Shown here in pieces: positions 1 to 13,721 of a DNA stretch of 64,000 bases (positions within the stretch are counted from its first letter, which is position 1; the number at the start of each line of letters is the position of its first letter). The notes under the pieces were generated by a model, which saw only the letters and a list, made by a program, of their open reading frames with translations, was not told where the DNA came from and made no database searches. Position numbers and translations under genes: made by a program. Source of the DNA: Octopus vulgaris (taxonomy: Eukaryota); contig OX597815.1 of NCBI GenBank assembly GCA_951406725.2, positions 124,000,001 to 124,064,000 of the forward strand, in the 5' to 3' direction.

Positions 1-677
1 CTGAGTTGAATGTTTTATCACTGAGTTATAAATTAGTGTGTATGATATATATGTCTAAAATCCTAGAATCACATATGGCACTATACGAATCGCTGTAATT
101 GCTGATACCGAGAATAAGGTCTGCTTCGTAAACCGATGATCTAATGCACTCCGATCGCAACCATTCAGTATTACTTTTTTCGTAGTACTTATAAGGCTAC
201 ATTAATGTAACTTCCCTATTTTATAGACGGTGGGAGATTGATTTGAGGGATTTTAGCTGCTATTGCTACAAACTACCAAGAGATTCTCTCATTGGCTCAT
301 GTAACTGAGATACTAATGACACAGAAAGGAACTGAATAAAACAAATTACGTTGGTGTTGGACACTATATAAAGTTGAAAGCAGCGTATTTTACTCCAGCC
401 GACATCATTTCTGCCTACAAATGTCATTACGGTGAACAGGCATGTGGCAGGCCTTTGTTGAATGGGAAACGCAGGCAGGAAATTTAGTGTTTACCGGAAG
501 GAACTGAACATTCCACTCGACATTAAAAGGTCCTATCACGTGCCATCCGACAAAACAGCACTATTATGGCGTGATTTCCTTTCCTTTTTTCTGTCTTTAA
601 CGTCAAAGAATAGTTGTTACGAAAATATTTCCCTGTTACATTGTGCTATTAAATATTTTCCCTCATATACAGTACAT

Positions 678-678
<1 letters not shown>

Positions 679-721
<43 letters not shown>

Positions 722-852
722 ACACATTTATATTTATATGTGTGTGTGCGTGTGTCTGCGCATACACACACATATGTATGTATATGTGTATGTATGTATA
801 CACAGACGTATGTATATACACACACACATATATATGTATATATGTATATATG

Positions 853-914
<62 letters not shown>

Positions 915-1007
915 CATATATATATATATACACGTATATATACATATGTATATGTATATATATATGTGAATGTATACATGTATATATATATACACATATA
1001 CACAGAC

Positions 1008-1101
<94 letters not shown>
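679..1101. repeat. Compound (CA)n/(TG)n/(TA)n microsatellite
   Basis: Directly visible dinucleotide arrays; source of the YIYI/HTHT pseudo-ORFs. Confidence 0.97.
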
Positions 1102-1105
<4 letters not shown>

Positions 1106-1805
1106 AAATATGTGGCAATTATAACTAAAATTCTTTTGTTCGAGATTTGGCTTTTATCATTTTTAGAGATTATTATTATTATTATTATTAAAGGAGGCGG
1201 AAGAGTTTATAACATTAAAACATAGCCGTTGTTATATTTTTTTAGCCCCAGGTCAGATCTGATCAAGAAGACTTCTGATAAAAGGCTTTCCAGCCGGAAC
1301 TAGCTTTTCTTATTCCTACTTACAGTGAACTCGAGATCACATTAACCCTATATGCCACTTCTTTCATAAAACTGTAGGTTGCAAATTGAGGTATATGTAG
1401 CTGCTATTTCTAAGTGGTGTACTGAGCATGCGGAAGTTTTATTATATAATTTATGAATTAGATTTCCTTGTTATAGAGATCGAAATCTGATCATAAATTT
1501 ATAAAAATTTTGAAAGAAGTATATTCTCACCCTCTAAAGCAAACAAAAATTTAAAAAAAGATTGACTATATATGTATCTTTCATTTTAGCATCCAGTTGA
1601 CAGTTCACAGGTAGCCTTCACTCGCGAGCGACTATGGCTTGGTAACATATACCATACTTACACTATTTTAGTTGCTCAGATAGTCAGATGCAGATACAGA
1701 CCTCTACACCCCAACGCAATTTTTGACCCAGCAAAAGATCTAGGATATGATAATCTTTCTCTTCTGAGCATGAAGTACCAACCAGTTGCCTATTTTGCAA
1801 GATAA

Positions 1806-1837
<32 letters not shown>

Positions 1838-2010
1838 ACATGCGCGCGCACACACACACGCACACACACACACACACGCACACGCACACACGCACGCACG
1901 CACGCACGCACATATATATACAAATATAAGATTTATAGGGCTATTATCTACAAATGTACATGTATACAAATATCAGATACATGTAATGCTAAATACATAC
2001 AACGTATACT

Positions 2011-2081
2011 CGGATGTCAAGCGATGCTGGGCGGGGGGGGGGGACAAACACAAACACAAGCATATACTCACACACATACAC

Positions 2082-2140
<59 letters not shown>

Positions 2141-2208
2141 CATACATACATACACACACACACACATATATATATATACATACATATATATATATGTATA
2201 TATATATA

Positions 2209-2264
<56 letters not shown>

Positions 2265-2460
2265 TACACATATATACGACGGGCTTCTTTCAGTTTCCAT
2301 CTACCAAATCCACTCACAAGTCTTTGGTCGGCCCGAGGCTATAGTAGAAATAGTAGAAGACACTTGCCCAAGGTGCCACACAGTGGGACTGAACCCGGAA
2401 CCATGTGGTTCGTAAGCCACTCCTACACCTATGCTTACCACACAGCCACTCCTACGCCTA
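2011..2460 (-). mobile_element. tRNA-derived SINE family A (internal microsatellite), partial copy
   Basis: Reverse complement matches the copy at 50615-51031 (GGAGTGGCTGTGTGGTAAG...GGTTCAGTCCCACTG...CCTTGGGCAAGTGTCTTCTACTATAGCCTCGGG...GGAAACTGAAAGAAGCCCGTCG), with an internal (TA)n/(TG)n tract. Confidence 0.9.
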
Positions 2461-3312
2461 TAATTTAAAATTATACTTTTAAAATTTTCTGTAATTTTAA
2501 ACATTGCCCTTAGAAGTTTTTGGCTTAATCATTTACCCCAGTGTTGATCTTTCAACTTTCTCTGTTTGATTAGAATAAGGAGAGTAAATTTAAAAAATAA
2601 ATATATAGCTAAATAACATAGATTAAAACTAAAAGAAGAAAAATGAAAGAAAATACTATTATAAGAGCGAGAGAATAAGGGAGAGAGGGCAAGAGAGAAA
2701 GAGAAAGAAAAGAGAGAGAGAAAATGATAGCCTAAGCATGAGTGTGAGTGTTAAAAATAGATAGACAGTCATCTGAATAAAGAGAGAATAAAAGGAGAAA
2801 AAATAAATGAAAAATGTGTGATTACATATAATAATATCAGTGACAAATAGACAAATGAACGGAGCGAAAGTACAGTTTTGTTCAGAAAATAAAGATGTCA
2901 GTTTTGTGAATGGTTTATTTTGGCAGTTTGGCGCCATGTCGATAGAATCTTAAATGAATTCAACGTATTGTACGTCTTCTCAGCAGGAGGTCGGTTGTAG
3001 TCTTTACAGACATCAACGACCGGTTCGACACTAGTACCGAATTGTCTAAACTACAAAAATAGGTTCCATCGGACTGGACAAACGGTTGGAGAACGTGACA
3101 ACCTATTTATCTCATTAAAACATGCTTTCGGATTTCTGTTGAGATAAAGTTTTTATTTTAAATATTCCTTGTTATTTTTTCTCCTTTAATTTCAAGACTG
3201 CATGAAATTTATTAGTTTATATTGTTTCTTTCGCAAACGAGATAGCGATTACTGGTTGAAACTCAACATTTCGTTTCCAGTAATCAGCTCAATGTTGAGT
3301 TAAGAAACTTAC

Positions 3313-3370
3313 CATTTTCAAGTTCAATCCTCCTAGTATTAAATCAGTACCACCAAGAGATGCTGCTTAT
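3313..3370 (-). other. Candidate 58-nt non-coding or first-coding exon
   Basis: Minus strand: branch-like GCTAAC, pyrimidine tract TCTTACCTATAACCTTCACAG, exon ending AAAATG, then GTAAGT. Stops in all three frames. Splice signals only. Confidence 0.25.
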
Positions 3371-4639
3371 CTGTGAAGGTTATAGGTAAGACATGTTAGC
3401 GAATACACTGCAGGTTTGAAGTATCGACTCTAATGCTCCTGAATGTTCAGAATCCATTCCAATTTAAACTTTCCAGACTCACAACACACATACAAAGTTT
3501 ATACTGGTAATTAAGCGAGTCAACAGATCGTGGGGCACTAATTTAAATTCCATTTATTGGCAGTGTTCACTCAGAAGGAAATAAATATTCATATTTATGA
3601 AGATTTGTAAAAATACATAGCTAATTATGTGGGCTGTATAGAAAGAAAGTAGGCGCAACGAAGTGGCATCGAGTCTTAGAAAAAAAGAATATCAGGGAAT
3701 AAAGGACAGATTCTTTATAGTTTACGATTTAATATTAATCTGTTTTGATAAGATGCAATACTAATATTGAAGTAGAGTATAGCCATTCGTCACAAACTGA
3801 TATACCATAATAACATACAATATGTGTGTGTGTGTGTGCGCGCGTGTTATATTATACCATGTGTTACTTACTCTTGAATGATTAAAGGCTGAATCGGTCC
3901 CTCGTTGCATGCGAACTGGCGCAAAACAGTTTCGGTCGAAGTATCATAAATCACCTCTTCATATACTGTACAATCTATGCAACCTTAAACATTATGTCCA
4001 TGGTAATATTCAAATAGGCTTTGGAATTAGAAAGTTGTTTGGGCAGAGAGAAGGAAGTATTTCTAGAGGAGGCAAAACAGAGCTCTGTTCAAAAAATTGA
4101 GTGAAAATCCTATTTCCATGGAGTATAGGACAGCAATAGCTATTCTCTTTCCAATGTGCTTACTCCTGTTGATAAAAACTAAAATCTGAAATAAATTTAC
4201 AGGGACATCATCTTATCATAATCAAATAGCAAATTCTCCACTAACAATATGCCGTTCTTCAAGCTGACTGACCATACAGGATAAACGAGCAAAAGTAACT
4301 AGGCATTGTACATATATAAACTTCTTCAGATAGACTGAAGAGCTTTACAAATGACGCTTTATTCATAGCACCCTTTCCCACTCAGCTAGCTTACATATTG
4401 TCTCCACTTAATCTCATTCAAGACGTCTATTTTTATCTCTCACTAACCCTACAATGTCTCGCTCGCGAAGTCCTACACTAACTGCTGCTTCCAATGTTTC
4501 ATAATTTATTTTCTGGTTATGTTTATTTTTACTTGTCGGATGTCGTCTCACAGACGCTCGAAGTAAATGCATGATGTGTGAATCTCACCAGCCGTGAAAG
4601 GCCTGTGTTTAGCATAAGCACTTCTAGTATACATAACGT

Positions 4640-4670
<31 letters not shown>

Positions 4671-4695
4671 TGCATATACATATACACGTTGATGA

Positions 4696-4783
<88 letters not shown>

Positions 4784-5011
4784 TGTATATATATATATAC
4801 ACATATACACACGCATATACATACACATACTAAAACAAAATATATAAGTAGTGTTTATTGCCACTTTAACGTGTGTGTTCACTGAGAACCGGCGATACCA
4901 CTATTTTAACCTTAGGAAGACATCTCCTCCAGCTGGTTATTCACTGCGCTCTCGCACTCGATCGATATTCATTGGAAGCGGGAGAGAACTCCTGTCACCC
5001 TAGCTCAGAGA

Positions 5012-5058
5012 CCACTAAGTCACGTGATTTCGATCTTATTGGATCACTTCAGTGGTGG
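5012..5058 (-). ncRNA. Degenerate minimal hammerhead-like motif
   Basis: Minus strand: ccacca CTGAAG-T GATC caataa GATC GAAA TCACGTGA CT tagtgg. Palindromic stem III; core A9 and cleavage triplet damaged. Confidence 0.45.
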
Positions 5059-5087
5059 GTACTCGTTTGCTAGGCATGGCATTAGTC

Positions 5088-5145
<58 letters not shown>

Positions 5146-5470
5146 TCAATGTATAGTCAATGTATACAGTGTCATATAATCTCTGATCTCGTAACTAGCA
5201 AATCTCTGTTCGAGCCAGAAGCAGTTTACGAACCAAAAGGTATTGTTTATCGCCACTTTGATATGGGAGTTCCCTAGGAACCGACGATACTGATATTTTA
5301 ATGATACTGCTATTACATTATATATTATATTATATTACATATTATATTATATCATATATCATATTGTATGTTATATATATTGCGGAGCCACAGCAGTCTT
5401 ATACTACATCCACATTAAGTAGGATACACTGACATTCAGTGATAATGCTGCATCCGTCGCTAATATCTGA

Positions 5471-5516
<46 letters not shown>

Positions 5517-5574
5517 TATATGCAACAAAAGTGATGCACATATGGTTAGATAGTATTTCTTTTCTTTTATTCTT

Positions 5575-6480
5575 TTGTGTTTCAGCCCACAAGCTGTAGT
5601 CATCCTGGTGCACCTTACTCTAAGCACCTGTTCAATGGCCATTCTTATGCGACTGGCTTTTGGTAAAAGAAGGAGCTCGACATTGCTCTCCTCTTTTGAG
5701 TTTCTTGCCGTAATGTAGGTTCATCTGGGACCTTGGGCAGCAGGAGGTCAAGTTTTTTCTTAAAAACTTCTGTTCTTACTCATGAAGATCCTTCAGATGT
5801 TTTGACAAGGCAATAAATGGCGGTGGGCTCTTGAATTCCAGCTACTGCAGTGCATGGTTCTTACTTTAGACGGGATAATGCAGTAAAGTTCAGTTCAGGA
5901 GCTGGTATAGCTCTCAATGCCAAAGTTTGGTGACAACCCCTCCAGGACCTTCCATACGTATATTATTGCATACCTCTCCCCTCTTCAGTCCAGGGAGTAG
6001 AGATATAGTTCTTTCAGAATTTCTCAGCAACTCAGCTGTTCAATTGATGCAATCTTTCAGGTGTTGTGCAGCTGAACTGCCTGAAAATCCGCTATTAATT
6101 CGACACTGTGGGGTGAACACAGCTGAGAGCAGTAGTCTAGACGTTTGAGTACAAATGTCCTCTATAGAACCAGCATGGTTTTCTGGTCCCTTGTTCTGAA
6201 AGTTCTCAGAATCCATCCCGTCATTCGCCTGTACACTGTCACCATCTTGGTGGTGATATGTACGTGAAACAAGGAATTGTTGCTTATATCAATCCTCAGA
6301 TCACGCAATTCTTGGCCCAAAATATTATTGTTGCGGTATGCGAGTACTAGCTAGCTGATAGCGGAGGGTTTGGAATTTCCCTGCATTAAATTTCGTGTTA
6401 TTTTCTTCAGCTCATTTATATGTGCCATCTAGGTCTTTCTATAGAAGATTAGCATCGGAAATATCCTTGACTGCTTGTGG
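5575..6480 (-). mobile_element. CR1-group LINE, decayed 3' part of ORF2
   Basis: Manual translation gives RRMTGWILRTFRTRDQKTMLVL*RTFVLKRLDYCSQL...LYSL..R.ERY.IIYVWKVLEGL.PNFGI, typical of the CR1/L2 post-RT region; multiple stops. Confidence 0.85.
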
Positions 6481-8009
6481 CTGTCTGTGTAACTGAAGGC
6501 ATGTCCAAAAGGGCCACTATAAGCTGCAGCGGCCCCACTGTCCGTGGAGAGGGCTCTATTGGCTTCTCTCTTTTAAGAAGCCTTGTAACTACTCTCTCAG
6601 TTTTCCGACTATGCCAAGTCCCCGTATTTATATATTTTCAAAATAACTTTCTTTCTCTCCGTCCCTTCATCGTCCCCCACTCTTTCTCTCAGTGCGTGTG
6701 CCTGTCTCCACGTTCTCTCTAATACACGCACACATTTTTAACCCCCCACCCCCACCACATTTATATTCGATTTCCGAAGCTAGTATATTCTGAGGCTCTC
6801 TGCATATAAAAAACAGTAGATTTTACTGATATACTGAATTTTCGATCATCTCTAAAGCAATTACACCTATTTTGTTCTTAGATTTTCGGAAGTACAAAAA
6901 TCATATTTCATTTATCCTATAATGGTAACACGGAAATAATATATTTAGGTAATGTTGCAAGACGGCACAGAAAGGTTACAAATATTTTATTCTTGTGAAT
7001 ACATAACAACTTTTTTTTTACTAAGAAGGGTTTCGTTTTAAATGTCATTTATGATGTATTTGTATTCTGTATTTATAATGGCCACATAACCTGATGAATT
7101 TAATCCACTTAGTGTCAGAAGATGTAAGAAACAAAAGGTTTCTCCTGGAAATGTATGAATTAATAATGTTTTTGGAGTCATTTTACTTTGAATTTGGTAG
7201 AGTGTAAACTGAGGAAGTTTTATTAAAATTACCTTTTATTTCATTGACCTCGCTTCCATGTTTACATCATAAATGTCGCAGTGTTTTAGTCAGTTCATTG
7301 TTTGTTGAGAATGACATTTATTCTCCTTTCTGAAGTAACAAAGAATTTTAAACAAGCAGCTTCTGCAACGCTTTTGTCTGATGTGTTTCCTGTAAATTTC
7401 GCACTATAAGAATCATACCTCCCAAAGAAATGATCAGAGTTCATTTGGCATCTATTTTTATTTCAAACTTGTACGGAATGACCAATTTAGTTTTGCTAAC
7501 ACAAACAACCGAAATTCCTTTTGACTTCAAATTATTCTAATTTTAAAAGGTTAGTGCTAAAAACGATGAAGATTTTATGTACAATACCGTTCGAAAATGC
7601 AAGAACCCTTGCTATAAAAATAACAGTGTTTATTTAAAACTCCTCCGTCTGGCCTGGTTTAGGTACAGAGGCAGAAGTCTGTTCCGGGCAACTAAATATT
7701 TAGATACGACAAAAGAAAAAAATTCGAGTATAATACAACACACGTAATTTAGTGTTCATCTTTTATTACTATTACTTCTGTGTAAATAACTGTTCAAAGA
7801 AATCAAAGAATAAAACAAGACTTTAAGAAACTTATTGAGATTTTGAAATGACGTATCAGAAAACAATCATACATGATTCAGAAAAACAATCAATGTAGTA
7901 ATCAGGATAATTAATACATAATAGATACATTGTTTAATAAACTGAGTCAATTGAATGCCTTCCTCATGTTGAGCATTCCATAAACAAAGCAAATAGTTCC
8001 TGATCTTAG

Positions 8010-8031
8010 ATCATCATCATCATCATCTTCT

Positions 8032-8063
<32 letters not shown>

Positions 8064-8305
8064 TTCTTCTTCTTCTTCTTCTTCTTCTTCTTCTTCTTCT
8101 TCTTCTTCTTTCTTCTTCTTCTTCTTCTTCTTCTTCTTTTGCTTCTTCTTCTTCTTCTTCTTCTTCTTCTTCTTCTTCTTTTCTTTTTCTTCTTCTTTTC
8201 CTTCTTCTTCTTCTTCTTCTTCTTCTTCTTCCCCCTCCCCTTCTCTCCCTCCCCTCCCCTCCCCCTCATCTTCCCCTCCCCCTCCTCTTCCCCCTCCTCC
8301 TCTTC
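8010..8305. repeat. (TCA)n-(TTC)n-(CCCCT)n polypyrimidine tract
   Basis: Visible triplet array grading into C-rich repeats; gives the poly-K/R and poly-L/F pseudo-ORFs. Confidence 0.95.
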
Positions 8306-9000
8306 TAAGTATTTCAAAGCCAACACAAGGCTGGCATTCTTCAGACTGAGTAGAGATCGTTCATACCAATGGAACTAAAACTCGGTGTCTGAAGGGGCTT
8401 CAAAATCGTCGTGGGTTGAACTTATGCTACGTTTCTCATGAAGCCTCGTAACATCTCATGGCGTGAGAGCAAGGCCAAAGAACAATCTTTATAATGAATC
8501 TATAAATCTAGCACCAGTTGCACCAAAATAGATATGTAGTTGTTCAATTAATAGAGCTACGTACTCACTATATCGGATTGTAAGTAGATGAATATTCCAC
8601 ATACAGTTGTACCTTCTGCATTATTTTCAAGTACAATCAACGACACAGCTTGTTGCAAGGCTGGGTCTTAACATTACAGATATAGTACATACAATGGCTT
8701 CCACAGTTCCTGCCTCGCCCTTTTAACTTAAAATGTTTGCATTGACACAGAGGTATAGTAGAAAATACTTTCCACAAGCATATATTAATTCATGTATTTA
8801 TGCAAGTAAATATATATCCAACCTTACTTGTACTTCAAAATCAAGCATGCAGATATGGAGGATGGTTCATGGAAATGACTAATAAGCCACCCATTTAATT
8901 TTTTGTTTACACTTTTACCGTTTTGAAAAGCAGCCCCTTTTTTCAACGGTTTTTCTTATAAGACTGACAGAGATATTTGAGTTTAACCCTAGGCGTTAAG

Positions 9001-9057
9001 AGTCACTGATGAGGATTGAGATGGTTTACATCAAAATCCAAAATCGTCGATCCGACT
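9001..9057 (+). ncRNA. Degenerate hammerhead-like motif (PLE-type)
   Basis: agtca CTGATGA GGATT gagatggtttacatcaa AATCC AAAA TCGTCGAT C cgact. G12 appears mutated to A; near-palindromic stem III. Confidence 0.55.
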
Positions 9058-9196
9058 ATATACGCTTGGGACTTATCCTCTTTTATCAGTCAGTAAGATA
9101 ATACTTAGTGGCTTTTGAGTTGTTTTAACTCTTCTAGCAAAAGTGGTGCTTGTCAGTATCCTCTGTCACTTTTGTGATCCCTCCCTCTCTCTCTAT

Positions 9197-9261
<65 letters not shown>

Positions 9262-9265
<4 letters not shown>

Positions 9266-10049
9266 TGGATGTGTGTATTTTACCCTTGTTTACAATTAAC
9301 ACGGAAAAAATAGATAAACAGTTACCAGGGCAGCAAAAAATCACACAAGTAATAAGGACGTAACAGCCTGTTTATAAAGGTAGAAACTCCGGGTTGATGT
9401 GAAATATTTAGTAAATTAATTTGGTATCTAAAAGACCATAATAAACAATTTAATTTAGATTGGTTAATTCTCTCCATTTCATTCCCATATGATAAAAGCA
9501 AAGAATTCTGCCAACTCTGTAATAGCGAACTATTTTCTATTCTTTTTTCTAAGAATTCCCCTGTAAACACTGTTATAGAGCATGCTTATCGATGTAAACA
9601 TTGGCAGAAACATACCTTTAGTTCATATAAGTGATATCTACCATTATATATAATTTGAATATTGACTTTCTTCTTACATTTCATTTCCACTAGATATATC
9701 TTTTTCCAAGCCTTTAAGCTTTTATTTTAATTCACATATCGCTCTATATTTCTCATTTATTAGTTTTCTGCTTATTTCTTTCCTTTACCCCTCTTCTTTT
9801 TATAGGCTACCTTTGACGTTATATGCTCTAATGGTTTAAAAGAAAAATTTAATAGCGTTTCGTTCACCATTATATACATCCATCACATTCTGTTAAAATG
9901 TCTTATTGATGGGTTTGGTTTCTTTCTTTCTTTGCCTGATGAGAAGATTACATTGTTTTACACCATTTTATTCCTTTGGAATAATACTAATGTTGTCTTT
10001 GAAACATATGTCGGAAGTAAAAGAATTTGAATAATACCTGCGTTTAATT

Positions 10050-10051
<2 letters not shown>
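9262..10051 (+). mobile_element. Penelope-like element 3' fragment (endonuclease C-terminus, 3' UTR, HHR) between (TA)n tracts
   Basis: 9407-9634 reads FSKLIWYLKDHNKQFNLDWLILSISFPYDKSKEFCQLCNSELFSILFSKNSPVNTVIEHAYRCKHWQKHTFSSYK*, matching the PLE pattern SK.IW.LK...W.IL...PY...C.LC..E...C.H. Absent from the ORF track (no ATG). Confidence 0.8.
9931..10017 (+). ncRNA. Type I hammerhead ribozyme, near-intact, long stem II
   Basis: tttgc CTGATGA GAAGATTACATT...AATGTTGTCTTT GAAA CATATG TC ggaag. Palindromic stem III ACATATGT; GUC triplet with predicted cut after 10012. Confidence 0.75.
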
Positions 10052-10118
<67 letters not shown>

Positions 10119-11075
10119 TAGATAGATAGATATACATATATATATATATATATATGTTGTATCGCCAATTGTTATGATGATACTTTTTTTACACTATATC
10201 CGTGTAGTAAAAATAAAGCATGTAAAGAAGAAGGGTAACAACAACATAACAATCCAACAAACCCTCCACGAACTATGCACGAACCAACAAGCGATATTCC
10301 GACAAACTACCAAAAATACACCTTACGACTTCCTGCGATTAACGCCTAACTTCAATTTATAAAAAATCTCACTTGCTTAGTAAATATTTCTTCCAGTAAT
10401 TTATCGTAGTTGTAATATATCTTTAATTTAAAGAAACTTCAAGGTAACCATAGCACGTTTAACATGCTAGAAATAGCAGCGATCGCGTAGTTATTATTGT
10501 AAGGCCATATCAAACAGCCATACCAACAAAATCACTTCTTTCTTTTTTAAATTATACTGGCATATTAAAAAAAATTCCATTTTATCATAAATAAACTTCA
10601 AAGTTATACAGCTATTTTGTCTAATAGCATTTATTCATTCAATAAATAATTTTTTAACATTACGTATATAGAATAAATTGTGAGTTTTGCAAATGGCGAA
10701 TTAAAATCTGAATCAAAAACATTGAAATGAATATAAAGTAAATTGTTATTAATGAAAATAGAGACGAGAGAGTGTGAGAGACTGTTGTAAATGAAAACAG
10801 AAAATTTCACCTGGAACGAATTAATATTGTTTATTAAATCTACTCCGCAGTGAATGCAACGAATATTTAGATTTGTGAAGAACTTGAAGTTCAAATTATG
10901 AATAAACTTCAGAAATCGAAATTGCAAGAAATTTCTTGGCAAATGAATTTATAAAAAAGTTTCCAGACAGTCAAGCCTTTAAAAATTGCTTTCTTTTAGT
11001 AACTGTTACATACCTATTAATAAGCAGCTTTCTCTATTATAATATATATGTATATGCAAACACACACACACACAC

Positions 11076-11111
<36 letters not shown>

Positions 11112-12769
11112 GCACTCACGCACACACACACACGCACGCACACACAGATGATATTGGAACGGATTTTTATGAATATCATATTTCTATTAACACAATATCA
11201 AAATCTACGATGCCTTGCACCCCTGACGACAGTAGAACAATAAATAACCACGAGCCAATGGAGAAGCCTCTATGTAATCGCTGTCTGTTAGAAATAACAG
11301 TGAAAATGGTGGCTAGTGTAGTTTCTGATAGACAAAGAAGACTGTATGGTCATATCTTATGTACTTTTGATTATAGGTTTGCTCGGAATAGTGCTAACCT
11401 CGTATTGATCAAGTCATGCCTGCTCCTTAGGAGAAAAAGTCTATCTTTGTGCAATTTGAGATCAGATTTAGGCACCGATTCCAGTGATGTAAAGTTGCAT
11501 TCTAGATCACAGATATCTCATTTGCCCCCCCCCCCCCATCTCATTCATGTATGTATATTCTGAATATTCTACGTTTGCTACGTTATCCAGGAACATCAGT
11601 ACGGTGACATGTAATACTTGCTGAATTTGCATCGACTTCAGATCTTTCAAACTTCTGCTGATTTTCCCCTGTTGTTTAGTAAATAAATATAAGAAATATA
11701 CAAACTATCATGTTAACCTAGCATGCAAATAAGGAAGAAAACGTGCAAATTTTTATCCTTTATTTGCGCAGGGGTAAATGGAAAGAAAAAAAAATACTGG
11801 TTGCAAACCAAACAAAAATTTAGCCTGCTGAATTTTCTGAATTCTGAATTATCTGAGACACTAAAGACTCGACTTGTCTTACAGATGGAATTCATTGAAA
11901 GAATAAATATGTTACCCGTTGAAGAAAATGGTGTCAAGAATTATCAGAGAAAACTAATTGATGAAGTAATAATCCTTTCTGACAGCAGAATCAGACCGAC
12001 CTTGTTTGTTACTGATTTCCTTCAGTTTATTTGTTTAATATCAGTTTGTGTGGCAGTGGCTGGCAAATCATTTCCACCAAGTCAATAAGATTGTTAAAGG
12101 TCAAGTCAATAGATTGGGCAAAGGTCACAAAACATTACAAAGGTCAGAATCTGCCACGAAGTCATTCTAGCGATAACTAGGTTCCCTTTCGTCTGGGTGT
12201 TGAAATTCTCATAAGGGATGTTGTAAGCATTTTCTTGTATCATATTTACAGTTTATCTTTGTTGTTTATTTTTTAGATTGTGCAGTAACGAAACCAGAAG
12301 CTAATGTTTTGTAATGCTCGACTTATAAATGTATAGCACGCACACATACACACACAGGCATACACATGCATACACACATATACACAAACTCACACACAAA
12401 TAAATATAGATGCATGTGTGTGAGTGCGTGTGTGTGTGTGTGAATATGTATATATGTATGTATGCGAGCGTGTACATACGTGTATGTGTGTATATGAATG
12501 ATTTGTTGGTGGGAAAGTTATTTGGTTATTGGTGAGTGTATAATTAGATGTCTCAAATTATAAAGTCGTTCTTGAATTGGAATTTACGTTGTAATACTGT
12601 ATTAGAATATATTAGAGTGTTTAAGATCTTCAGTAGAAACTAAGAATGCAGATACCCGTCCGAATAATCGCGCGCGCGCGTACTCACACACATTATATAT
12701 ACTAAGATAAGTTTCAGCCATCACATGGAAAAGCGTTTAATGATGTTTCATGGCGTTTCATATTACAGT

Positions 12770-13072
12770 CATTCTATGGCCACCATAGCCCATTCGAGTA
12801 AAACGTTATTGTTTGCAAAGACATATCCAGGTGTAGGTGCCTTATCTTGAATTTGTTGGATGTATTCATCCAGGAACCGTTTGAATGTTACGCGATCTTT
12901 TCTTCCTAGAACAGAGCCAGTTGAGGTGAAATAGTTCTGTCTTATTGTTGTGATGTGAAGCGAGCAGGACTTTTGTTGAGGATGGATAGCAGGGAGAGCA
13001 AGCATTGGGTGAATTTTAAGCTGATGCCATCATCATTTGGGTAATACTGTTGGAATAATTTCTACTTCATAC

Positions 13073-13075
<3 letters not shown>
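12770..13075 (-). mobile_element. CR1-group LINE extreme 3' fragment
   Basis: ORF 12769-13005 contains FKRFLDEYIQQIQDKAPTPGYVFANNNVLLEW, resembling the FK..LD.YL..IPD.P..PGY....NSL C-terminus of CR1-group ORF2. Confidence 0.65.
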
Positions 13076-13118
<43 letters not shown>

Positions 13119-13124
13119 CATGCA

Positions 13125-13220
13125 GGCGCAGGAGTGACTGTGTGGTAAGTAGCTTGCTAACCAACCACATGGCTCCAGGTTCAGTCCCACTGCGTGGCAT
13201 CTTGGGCAACTGTCTTCTGC
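13125..13220 (+). mobile_element. SINE family A, tRNA-like head only
   Basis: GGCGCAGGAGTGACTGTGTGGTAAG...GGTTCAGTCCCACTGCGTGGCATCTTGGGCAACTGTCTTCT, then truncated. Confidence 0.85.
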
Positions 13221-13228
13221 GCCAGATT

Positions 13229-13721
<493 letters not shown>

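Noticed and set aside
462-2468. Long ORFs rich in YI, HT and CV repeats (and similar ORFs throughout the window)
   Set aside because: They are translations of (TA)n, (CA)n, (TATG)n and (CTAT)n microsatellites, which lack stop codons; no protein signal.
7085-7140. CTGATGA...GAAAC as a hammerhead
   Set aside because: No stem II pairing next to the core, no palindromic stem III and no stem I.
8006-8378. Poly-Lys/Arg and poly-Leu/Phe ORFs
   Set aside because: Both strands of the (TTC)n tract.
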